Below are positions 10,025 to 18,766 of a stretch of DNA of 64,000 nt, piece after piece. Both the position numbers and the translations under genes were made by a program. Under the pieces are notes generated by a model that worked only from the letters and a program-made list of their open reading frames with translations, made no database searches and was not told where the DNA came from. This stretch comes from a virus, in IMG/VR virus record IMGVR_UViG_3300010399_000003, positions 48,853-112,852 of that record. One strand, 5' to 3'. Every line of letters starts with the position of its first letter. The first letter of the stretch is position 1.

Positions 10025-10449
10025 TCCTCCGTAATCGCCGTCGCGGTACTCAACGATGGCGTAACGCCGTTGCCTGTAACGATGTTCGGTGTGACAGTGC
10101 CAGAATAGAACAACACGCCAGCACCGGAAATAGATTTACCAACACCGAAATGCGTTACAGTGCCTGAGCCACCAGTTCCCGCGGGGAATGTGATAGCTGC
10201 AACCGGACTCACGCTGTTGTTTGTAACCGTCCATCCGCTAGATGTCCGGACCACCGCGACACGAGCATAACTCGTGTAAGTGGTTTCACTCGTTGTCTGA
10301 TCACCAGCTTCACCAGGATCTGCCGTGTGAAGACTTGTATAAATATCGGTGATCGGTGAAGAAGTGGCATTGATCGCAACGTTCGCAAAAGTTGTTGCAT
10401 TGAAAATTAGCAACAACAGCGAATTTTCAAACGAGTTGCTTTTCGACAT
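10021..10449 (-). CDS. Hypothetical Thr/Ser-rich structural protein
   Basis: 142 aa, beta-rich composition. Confidence 0.3.
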   Translation of the reverse strand: MSKSNSFENSLLLLIFNATTFANVAINATSSPITDIYTSLHTADPGEAGDQTTSETTYTSYARVAVVRTSSGWTVTNNSVSPVAAITFPAGTGGSGTVTHFGVGKSISGAGVLFYSGTVTPNIVTGNGVTPSLSTATAITED

Positions 10450-10668
10450 GAAAACTCCTATTGACAGACGCGCCGAAGGCGCTCAAGCAACGAAATCCCA
10501 GAAAATCCTTCGCGCACAATTTTCTCGTTCATCACCGCTCGTAAGGTATCACGATGATTAAAAGAGCAATGCAACAAATAAGAGCATGCAACACCAATCG
10601 CATCATGAATCGGCATGGCATAAAGAATCTGCAACACTGCAGTTTGCGCTGCGATATCCGGCCCTTGC

Positions 10669-11052
10669 TTAGTGAGCGGTGGCTTGGAGGAAAGTGATTC
10701 CACCATAAGCAAGTATCCCCTCATTTCCTGTATCGATGCGTTTCAGTGAATAACGATACGTGATTGGTTTCAGACTCGATGTTTCATCACTGTCAAATGT
10801 GATTACCACACGTTGTTGATTCTGATCCGGATTTGAATTAAAGATACCAGAGATGACGATATCGGTTGGCGTTGCTTTCCGTGGAATCACCGGTGGATCT
10901 GCTGCCTTGTCAGTCTTCCGAACAATGAATTCCATCTGCCAAGCCGAAACATCAAGAGGATTTCCACTCGCATCCGAAATCTTGAAAGACAAGATTTTAT
11001 CTTCGCCAAGAAACCAACGCTTATCGGCGTCGATGTTGAATTCAATAGCCAT
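10669..11052 (-). CDS. Ig-like/beta-sandwich small protein
   Basis: 127 aa. Confidence 0.3.
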   Translation of the reverse strand: MAIEFNIDADKRWFLGEDKILSFKISDASGNPLDVSAWQMEFIVRKTDKAADPPVIPRKATPTDIVISGIFNSNPDQNQQRVVITFDSDETSSLKPITYRYSLKRIDTGNEGILAYGGITFLQATAH

Positions 11053-11058
11053 TTCTAA

Positions 11059-12105
11059 TCACGGCATTGTGCGTAGAGCACGTGCACCGACACCACTCTG
11101 ACCAACTGCAACAAAACGATTCAAAGTACTAGACCACGCAATTTCTTGCCAATCCAAGGATTCCGCATAACCAATCACGATCATTGCGGGTGTGCCATCC
11201 ATCACACCAATTCGTCCCGTTGATGAAAGTGCAACAACCAAATCAAATTCTGGAGAATAAGCCATCGCTCGCCAATTATTTCCACCCTGACCACCAGGAG
11301 CAATCGTCCACGTAATTCCGTCGGTTGAAATCAACAGCGCCGCAGATGTTACATCACGATTTAATGCAATGAACACGTTCCACGAATGAACGTATAGAAA
11401 ATCGTACCACGCACCACTTGTGATATTTGGAATTGTATTGACTGTCCACGTAATACCATCCGTGGAGCGCATCATACGGCTTGTAGCAACGCCACTATCG
11501 GCACCGGCAATGAACAAACCTTTTTGATCGGACCGAATAACACCTTCCCATTGCTGATTCAACGGTGTCGTACGTAAAGTCCATGTATGTGCATTTGGCG
11601 AGGTCATCACCTGATTCGGATGACCATCCCAAGATACAGCAACTAACAAATGGAGCGATTCAGACCATGCGAGATCGTGCCAACCATTTGCTGCAGGAAT
11701 AGTCTCAAGTGTCCATGTAATTCCATCAGGGCTGGTCATAATCCCGCCCTGTGCTGCTGCAATAAACAAACCAAGTGTCTCAACCCAAATGACTGAAACC
11801 CAGCCTTTCGTTGGCGTCGGAGTAGTCCGGATAATCCAATCAAATCCATCTTGCGATGTCATGACTTGATTGCCCGACCCAGTCGAAGAAACAGCAACAA
11901 AAAGATTAAGCGATTCTGAACGGCATACTGAACGCCAATTATTATCGACTGGAGTCGCAGTCGGAACCCATTCTAAAACTGCTAAAGATCCAAGTGCTTG
12001 ATGCACATCATTATTCCAATATTGCTGTGGTTTGATCACGCCTTCAGGAAGCGCTTCATCATCAACAATATCGGATTTCTGTCTATGCTGAATACGAATA
12101 GCCAT
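11059..12105 (-). CDS. BNR/Asp-box repeat beta-propeller protein
   Basis: Repeated S-x-D-G-x-T-W boxes: TSQDGFDW, TSPDGITWT, TSPNAHTWT, STDGITWT (twice). Confidence 0.55.
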   Translation of the reverse strand: MAIRIQHRQKSDIVDDEALPEGVIKPQQYWNNDVHQALGSLAVLEWVPTATPVDNNWRSVCRSESLNLFVAVSSTGSGNQVMTSQDGFDWIIRTTPTPTKGWVSVIWVETLGLFIAAAQGGIMTSPDGITWTLETIPAANGWHDLAWSESLHLLVAVSWDGHPNQVMTSPNAHTWTLRTTPLNQQWEGVIRSDQKGLFIAGADSGVATSRMMRSTDGITWTVNTIPNITSGAWYDFLYVHSWNVFIALNRDVTSAALLISTDGITWTIAPGGQGGNNWRAMAYSPEFDLVVALSSTGRIGVMDGTPAMIVIGYAESLDWQEIAWSSTLNRFVAVGQSGVGARALRTMP

Positions 12106-12309
12106 TATTGAAATGCACCAACCTGAAACGCACCATTTTGGAATGCGGTTGTCCTGGCAACAACTACTTCAGGTTCTTCCGTATCGGATTGTCCAATGCC
12201 ATCAATCGTTTTCCCAAACAACGCATTGCATACAATTGTCGGATCAACGAATTGAGCCAACGCATCAATACTCGTTGAACTGTTTCCAATCGCATTAATG
12301 ATTCGAATA

Positions 12310-13677
12310 TCAGGCGGCATTCGAAATCACCTGCGAAAAACTTCCAGTCCCACGTATCACGGACAATCGTAATGAAGCAAGACTTTCAGCATCAGCGTCG
12401 CTTGTACCTTCGGCGGACCCGACCGCAATAATCAGGTCTCTACCAACTGCTTGTGCGTCGGCAATTCCATTAACGATACCAATTCCTTGCGCTTGCGATG
12501 CACCGATTGCACTCGCCGTTGCAGATCCAGAAGCGGCACCGACGCCTGGAACAAATGCGCCGCCGACTGCACTTGCCGCACTTGAACCAGCAGCCGCGCC
12601 GACACTAATTTTGAGACTGATGCCATCAGCAGTCGCAGTGGATAAACCAGACGAAGATCCGATTGCTTGCGCAGCACTTTTACCAACGGCAGTCGCATCG
12701 CCAAGACCGGCTGCGGATCCAATGCCAACAGTCGTTGCTTTGCCAACCGCTGTGACTGTACTTGTACCAGATGCATTTCCAACAGCAGTAACTAGAGCGG
12801 AACCGATAGCCGTTGCAGTGCTTGAACCACTTGCTGCACCAAGATTGGCTTCAGCATTTGCACCAAAGACGGACGATGTACCAGCTGCTGAGCCAATTGA
12901 ACTGGCTGTTGATTTACCAGTCGCGGTGGCCGAACTTGTCCCATCCGCTGCGCCAATACTCTGTGCAGTGGAAGCACCGACCGCCGTAACTGTGGAAGAC
13001 CCAGAAGCATTTCCAACCGCCGTGACTAATGCAGCACCAACCGCTGTGACTGTGCTTGAACCGCTGGTTGTTCCAACAGGAGCTTGCGGTGTAGATACAC
13101 CTGATGCATCAGCAACGCCAGCCGCGGAACCAATCGATGACGCCGTAGATTGACCGACAGCCGTTGCGCTCGCACTACCAGCCGCAGAACCTGTTGATGA
13201 TGCTGTTGATGCACCGACTGCAGTTGCAGTCGCGACACTTGATGCATTTCCAACCGCGGAAACGAAACTCGAACCGACTGCCGTGGCAGTTGAAGAACCA
13301 GCTGCATTGCCGGCACCAGCTGCGACAGCAAATGCAATTGCCGCAGCTGTTGCTAATCCGGCAGCAGCACCAGCTCCAATGAATTTCGCGGCACCAACTG
13401 CAGCCGCAGCACCAACACCAGCCGCTGCACCATCAGATCGCGCTGTTGATGCACCGACTGCCGTAACGGTTGAAGTACCAGCGGCCGAAGCCGAAGAAGA
13501 TGCTTGCGATGCACCAACTGCCGTAACAGTCGAAGTACCCGCAGCTGCACCAGCTCCACTAGTAACGCCACCACCAGTTTCGGCAGCATCCGGAGAAAAC
13601 AAACCACCAGCATTGAGTTCTGTATCGAAAAGTCCGAAAGACGATAACGCCGAATCAAAAATTCCCGGTTTAGCCAT
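12310..13677 (-). CDS. Ala/Gly/Ser/Thr repeat-rich fibre-like protein
   Basis: 455 aa. Many approximately 11/22-aa repeats such as GSSTVTAVGASTAQSIGSAAG. Confidence 0.5.
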   Translation of the reverse strand: MAKPGIFDSALSSFGLFDTELNAGGLFSPDAAETGGGVTSGAGAAAGTSTVTAVGASQASSSASAAGTSTVTAVGASTARSDGAAAGVGAAAAVGAAKFIGAGAAAGLATAAAIAFAVAAGAGNAAGSSTATAVGSSFVSAVGNASSVATATAVGASTASSTGSAAGSASATAVGQSTASSIGSAAGVADASGVSTPQAPVGTTSGSSTVTAVGAALVTAVGNASGSSTVTAVGASTAQSIGAADGTSSATATGKSTASSIGSAAGTSSVFGANAEANLGAASGSSTATAIGSALVTAVGNASGTSTVTAVGKATTVGIGSAAGLGDATAVGKSAAQAIGSSSGLSTATADGISLKISVGAAAGSSAASAVGGAFVPGVGAASGSATASAIGASQAQGIGIVNGIADAQAVGRDLIIAVGSAEGTSDADAESLASLRLSVIRGTGSFSQVISNAA

Positions 13678-14194
13678 TCAGATAATCCGGCCAGACCGCT
13701 CTCAATTCCTCTATTGTTTGCGCAGATTCAATTTCAGGGAGATCGGTCACATCGCGCAATCGTTGTTTCTTCGTCGCGATTTCCTGAGTCCGATTATCGC
13801 GAGTCGCCGCGCCAGTTCCAGGCAGTTCCATCGCGCGAACCATTTCAATATCCAGCAATGCTAATTTCTCATTACGAACCGCCCGCATTCGCTCACGATG
13901 TATTTCACGTGCTTTCGGCATATCGAATTGTAATTTGCGATCTTTATCAACCAGCGCATTTCGATAAATCCGATCTTGTGGTACTTCTCGCCGATCAATC
14001 AATCGCCAAGAAACTGGTGCACCTTGAGGGAACATCGATTTATCGATTTCTTTCTGAATATTTTGTTCCGTTGGTGGTTTAGACCACCGTGGCACGCCAT
14101 TGTCATCATAATCTGTCGTTATGAATGACATGATACCAACACTTCCATCTTTGAAAGTCAGCGCAATAGTTTCAACGTCTGGAGGTCGCGGCAT
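13670..14194 (-). CDS. Hypothetical protein
   Basis: 174 aa. Coupled to neighbours. Confidence 0.3.
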   Translation of the reverse strand: MPRPPDVETIALTFKDGSVGIMSFITTDYDDNGVPRWSKPPTEQNIQKEIDKSMFPQGAPVSWRLIDRREVPQDRIYRNALVDKDRKLQFDMPKAREIHRERMRAVRNEKLALLDIEMVRAMELPGTGAATRDNRTQEIATKKQRLRDVTDLPEIESAQTIEELRAVWPDYLNG

Positions 14195-15006
14195 TATTGA
14201 TCTCCAAGTCCGTTAATATGCCAAGCCGTCGGATCCGTCTGCAAAGCAGTCGTTGCAGTGCCATCCCAACATTCACACAGCACTGTACCAGCAGCTTGAC
14301 CCGCATTACGAACTGCTGCTTGGCGTAAGTTAGCAACCGTTAGCGATGTCGAAGTTCGTTCGACGTTCACCTGACAAGCCCAGTTTGTTGAGGAAAAGTC
14401 CACGTTGATGGTTACGGTCACCTGACCAGTTCCCGTATCGGTTAAGCTCGTGACATTGTAACTACCAAGAATATTTGCGGTGACGCCGCACTTAACCCAA
14501 AACTTGCCATGACCAGGATGGAAATGCTGTCGAGCAGGTGTGACGGCATCCGTCGTTGACGTAGCGGATTCCATTTCGGCTTGAGTCGCCGTTTGAATCA
14601 CGCCAGCCAATGTATCGGATGCTGCACTCGCACCCATCTTCACGCCACCATTAGTATCATAAACGAACCAGACGCCCTGTTCGTTCATGACGAGCACTTC
14701 GCCAGCAGCTAGTGTGACGTTGAATAATTCAACGATATTTGTTCCATCGAAGAATTCGATTCGAACCGTATTCGATGACGATGCATGCGAATTACGAATA
14801 TTGAGACCACGGACATTTCGTGTCGTACCAGTACTTGGCGCCCCTACCAATGTTGTCGTCGTAGCAGTGACAATCAATGTTGGCGTATTCTGACTATCAA
14901 ATGTACTTGGAGGCGTAAAGTCAGTCCAACTTGCAAGCACGTCGATATCAGCCGTGCCACTTGTTACAGCACGAATGACTGATGCGTTTGTGTCCAGATT
15001 CAACAT
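14194..15006 (-). CDS. Hypothetical beta-rich structural protein
   Basis: 270 aa, Thr/Ser/Val-rich. Confidence 0.35.
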   Translation of the reverse strand: MLNLDTNASVIRAVTSGTADIDVLASWTDFTPPSTFDSQNTPTLIVTATTTTLVGAPSTGTTRNVRGLNIRNSHASSSNTVRIEFFDGTNIVELFNVTLAAGEVLVMNEQGVWFVYDTNGGVKMGASAASDTLAGVIQTATQAEMESATSTTDAVTPARQHFHPGHGKFWVKCGVTANILGSYNVTSLTDTGTGQVTVTINVDFSSTNWACQVNVERTSTSLTVANLRQAAVRNAGQAAGTVLCECWDGTATTALQTDPTAWHINGLGDQ

Positions 15007-15674
15007 CAGCCAAGCCTCTGAGTTATGGCAAACGGTTGACTAGCAACATATGGAATCGGCGGTCGCCATGCAACTACTCCAATAGAAAACGTTCCGGACG
15101 CACCAGTAAACGAAGCAGTCACACTAGCTCCATTACGTCCAGACAGAAGTGCGTATTCAGACCAATCTTGCTGAGTATCGTCTGCACCCTTCGTAGCTGC
15201 AGCGCCATCAATATTGCCAACCGCTGTAATTGAATCGGCGCACCACGCCCATACAGCACAATCGTCAGCGTCCAATACAATAGCTCCAGATAATGGCGAA
15301 CCAGTCGTTGCGACTGTTGAAATTTTCGGACCAAGCACACGTGAAGATTGATCAGTGCCACGAAAGATATCGACCAAAACCACACGAAATGTATTAGTAT
15401 TGCTCGCAGTGATTGTAATAGTTGTAGAAACTGCACTCTTCGCAAAACAATACCAACTCTGCAAAACATCCAATCCAGCATTGTTTGTAAACAATGGGTT
15501 TGCCGTAAACCACGTATTTCCATCTGAATCCGCAATTGAAAGCGTTCCACCAGCATTTGCCAATCCGCCAACAGCAATCAGGTCACCAACCGCAGGTGTG
15601 ATGCTCGCCGATACTTGTGTTCCAGACGTATTTGCAAAATTCGCAGCTGAAGCAACTGGATGCGTGATCCCCAC
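15006..15674 (-). CDS. Hypothetical beta-rich structural protein
   Basis: 222 aa. ATG overlaps the downstream gene. Confidence 0.35.
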   Translation of the reverse strand: MGITHPVASAANFANTSGTQVSASITPAVGDLIAVGGLANAGGTLSIADSDGNTWFTANPLFTNNAGLDVLQSWYCFAKSAVSTTITITASNTNTFRVVLVDIFRGTDQSSRVLGPKISTVATTGSPLSGAIVLDADDCAVWAWCADSITAVGNIDGAAATKGADDTQQDWSEYALLSGRNGASVTASFTGASGTFSIGVVAWRPPIPYVASQPFAITQRLG

Positions 15675-16071
15675 AACATCATGCCTGCGCCAAAAAATTC
15701 ACAAATCGGCGAGCTCGGTCAAAGACACGAGTGGCTTCGACAAGCTCGCCGACTGTTGGTAAATCCGCGTGACGTGAACCTTCTTGTTCTAAGACATCCG
15801 CGACCATCAAAACTGCAGATGCCAGATCACTCTGGCTCTTTGCTCGCTTCACAGAATTTCGCAGTTGATCTGCTATCTCTGCGGCGGATGTTCGGCGTTC
15901 CACTTCATCCCTTCAGCAAGATACTTGTCGATATCTGCGTTGAACTTCGCAATCACTTCTTCGTCCGTCGGATCAGTGCCTGTTTCGGCACGCGAATCTT
16001 CGATGATCTGACGGACAATCGGTGCGAAAATCCCGAAGAGCTGAATGATGAGCTGATTCATGCGGCACCTC

Positions 16072-16494
16072 CTAGAACGATGTTGCGATTTGTCGCGCTG
16101 CTGCGATATAAGCAGCTAGTTCCGATTTTCCAGCAGCGTCAAGTCGTTCCTCGATGCGCGCAAGTGCGGTTTCCAATGCCGCTTTCCACCCTTGTGGAGT
16201 AGCACGTATCGTGGTCAATGCGATTGTCGATGCATCGACCACGCTACGTGTATTGTTTTCGGAAAGAAGTGGATGGCAGGGTTGCGGATCACAAACCTGC
16301 ACCTGATTCAGTTGAATCGCCACATGCTGAATGGTTCCGATTGCAACGACGCCTCGGTCAGCTTGGTAGTAGCGAACACCAGTCGGGGATAACGTCGGCG
16401 GGTTCTTTCCGCAGGCGGCTGCCACGACCACCAACAGAATCAGAATGCTAAGTCTGCGCGTCATGACGACTCCTTTGAAAGCGGGGACCGGCAC
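16072..16494 (-). CDS. Secreted lipoprotein (possible moron)
   Basis: Signal peptide MTRRLSILILLVVVAAAC with lipobox VAAAC. Confidence 0.5.
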   Translation of the reverse strand: MPVPAFKGVVMTRRLSILILLVVVAAACGKNPPTLSPTGVRYYQADRGVVAIGTIQHVAIQLNQVQVCDPQPCHPLLSENNTRSVVDASTIALTTIRATPQGWKAALETALARIEERLDAAGKSELAAYIAAARQIATSF

Positions 16495-16511
16495 TGTGGC
16501 CGGTCCTCCGA

Positions 16512-17018
16512 TTACTTGACGGGGACCGTTGCTGCAGCGGGAGCAGCAGTTGCGCTCGGTCCGGGCGGCGGTGCAGCTTTCGGACCTGCCGGTGGCTGAT
16601 CCGTCTGACCTCCGGGACGATTTTCGTATTCCACTGTCGTGGTGGTCGTTTTGACAACTGATGGTGGCTTCGACGGATAGACGCCGAATCTCTTGCCACC
16701 ACCGTAGTCCAGTTCGACAGTGCCTTTCACACCGACTGGCAAGATGCCACGCACGCTGTTGTCGCCCCAGCGAGTCGTCTGGACCTGCTGACCACCGATC
16801 TTCAGCGTACCACTGGAACCGAGTCCGGGACCGTCGATGGCGAATACGCCACCAGGAATGCCAACGACGTAAATCGGCTGCTTTTCCAATTCCTCAGCAG
16901 CGCGACGCTGTTCTTCCTGTTGTGCCTTTTCCTGCTCCGCAGCTTTCTTGTCGGCTGCCTCTTTCGCAGCCTTTTCAGCTTCCGCTTTCTTGTCGGCTGC
17001 CTTCTCCGTGTCGCTCAT
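16512..17018 (-). CDS. Lys/Glu/Ala-rich N-terminus plus Ig-like domain protein
   Basis: 168 aa. N-terminal KAEAEKAAKEAADKKAAEQEK, then a beta-domain, then a Pro-rich tail. Confidence 0.4.
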   Translation of the reverse strand: MSDTEKAADKKAEAEKAAKEAADKKAAEQEKAQQEEQRRAAEELEKQPIYVVGIPGGVFAIDGPGLGSSGTLKIGGQQVQTTRWGDNSVRGILPVGVKGTVELDYGGGKRFGVYPSKPPSVVKTTTTTVEYENRPGGQTDQPPAGPKAAPPPGPSATAAPAAATVPVK

Positions 17019-17207
17019 TGATCTTCTCCTTGAAACGACCGCAAGCGGTCATGAGGTGCGGTTCTTCACGTTCGCAATCCGGATGCGTGAGGTGGCAAAC
17101 CAAATCTGGTTTATCGCTCCAGTTAAGCGCAAACATAACGAACTCGGGATTGCGCACCCAAGGCCATATTTGCGCTTCGCTGTAGAGCGCAGACCCCATC
17201 GCGCGGA

Positions 17208-18251
17208 TTACGCGAGCGTTCCGACAACGATTCCGCTGTTTCCGTTGTAGTCCGAACGGACCCGCGGAATCATGATCGCCATCACAAGGTTGTGAATGGT
17301 GAATCCGTCGAGTGACGTATACGGAATGACCGTCGGCGGCTGGCCATTGATCACTTCGATGACGTCCGACGTCATCTGAACCAATGCCACGTTGTTCGCC
17401 GGCATCATGTCGGTCACGCGAATTCGCAGATTGCGGCCACCGAATACCATTCCCTGCAACCGCGCGAGGATGGAATCGTTGCCGTTCGCCTTGAAGTCGG
17501 TGTTCATCGCGTTGCCGACGTTCGTTCCGACATACAGATTGTACGGACCGAACTTCTGATCTCCCTGCAGCTTCGCAGTCATCGCCAGAACTTCCGCCAT
17601 GACCGTAGTGCCGACCGGCGCGGTGACCCACGCGGCCAAGGTCAGTGACTGAGTGTTGGCGTTCGGTGCGTTGAGCAGTCCGGGTGCCGAATAGCCAGCA
17701 TCGACCAGCGGCTGTCCGTCCAGCGTCGTCGCGCCGTTGATGGCCGCGTCCTCGATGGCTTCGTTGACCGCACGGGTGCACTGCTTGATCAGGGCGGTGT
17801 CGAGCGGCATGCCAACCCGCTGCGACATTTTGAGGGTCCGGATGTCGATTTCGAACTGGTCGGTTGTGAGATAGATCGGCGTGCGGCCGGGCAGCAAGCT
17901 GATCATCTTGTTTTCGCCACGAGCCGATGGCGTCATCGTGCGCTGCGCCGCGCCGACCTTGTTGGTCTTGTTCCACTCGAGCTGCGTCACGCTGAGTGGA
18001 TCGGATAGCGGATAGACCAGCCCTTCAGCGAGCAAGTCCGCGACGAACGTCAGACGCTGCAGCCCGACTTCGACCACGGCTTTGTCGATGGCAATCTGCG
18101 CGCGATCCGATAAGGGAGCGAGCGCACGGAAGCCGGACCTCCGCATTGCCGGAACCGACAGTTCACCAGTCTCTTCCAATGCGCGGAGAAATGCACCCGA
18201 GAGATTCGCATTCCCCTTTGCGGTTGACCGCATTGTATCGAACATTTCCAA
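17208..18251 (-). CDS. Major capsid protein (lambda gpE-like)
   Basis: 347 aa. Immediately downstream of a decoration-size gene, in the lambda D-E order. Confidence 0.6.
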   Translation of the reverse strand: MEMFDTMRSTAKGNANLSGAFLRALEETGELSVPAMRRSGFRALAPLSDRAQIAIDKAVVEVGLQRLTFVADLLAEGLVYPLSDPLSVTQLEWNKTNKVGAAQRTMTPSARGENKMISLLPGRTPIYLTTDQFEIDIRTLKMSQRVGMPLDTALIKQCTRAVNEAIEDAAINGATTLDGQPLVDAGYSAPGLLNAPNANTQSLTLAAWVTAPVGTTVMAEVLAMTAKLQGDQKFGPYNLYVGTNVGNAMNTDFKANGNDSILARLQGMVFGGRNLRIRVTDMMPANNVALVQMTSDVIEVINGQPPTVIPYTSLDGFTIHNLVMAIMIPRVRSDYNGNSGIVVGTLA

Positions 18252-18285
18252 GCCTCCCCAGACGCCGAAGCGTCCAATGCTGAAA

Positions 18286-18726
18286 TTAGAGAGCTTCGAC
18301 GCGAATCCGGGTCAGCACTGTGACCGTCGGTTTGTTTTCGAGTGCCGAGAAGAGCGCCGTTCCCGACGCCAGAATGCGCAGCGTGCCGTCACCAGCCGAT
18401 TCGAGACGGTTGCCCGCAACGATGTTCTGACCAGACGCGATCAGCATCCAGGCCGTCGCGCCAGCCTGCAGCGCCGACACTTCGACGAGGTCGTTCGCCG
18501 CATAGTCGTCATCGACGCCCTTGTTGACCATCGTGTGATCGGTGGCCACGAGCTTCGGAGTGTTAGCACCAGCCGTCGCATGCTTGCGGAAACGAATCAC
18601 GCCAGCATTGTTGAAGCGTTCGACGAGATGGCCAGGCCGGATTGTTTCACTCGCAGCGAGGTCATTGATCTGGACGCGCTCCCCGCCCAGAAAAATGGTG
18701 TTCGGATCGTAACGCGTGATTGTCAT
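18286..18726 (-). CDS. Head decoration protein (gpD-like)
   Basis: 146 aa, between the scaffold gene and the major capsid gene. Confidence 0.4.
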   Translation of the reverse strand: MTITRYDPNTIFLGGERVQINDLAASETIRPGHLVERFNNAGVIRFRKHATAGANTPKLVATDHTMVNKGVDDDYAANDLVEVSALQAGATAWMLIASGQNIVAGNRLESAGDGTLRILASGTALFSALENKPTVTVLTRIRVEAL

Positions 18727-18766
18727 CTGTCAGTCTCCTGTGCTTGAAATGCTGAAACTCAGCGCG

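Noticed and set aside
12432-13864. Several Gln/Leu/Arg-rich and Ala/Pro-rich ORFs on both strands inside 12310..13677
   Set aside because: They are alternative frames of repetitive GCN-rich DNA. The minus-strand 455-aa frame is the only one with gene-like coupling to neighbours.
16975-17976. 333-aa Arg/Gly/His-rich ORF overlapping the major capsid gene
   Set aside because: It is an alternative frame of the GC-rich capsid gene. The composition is typical of an off-frame GC-rich artefact, and there is no start context.
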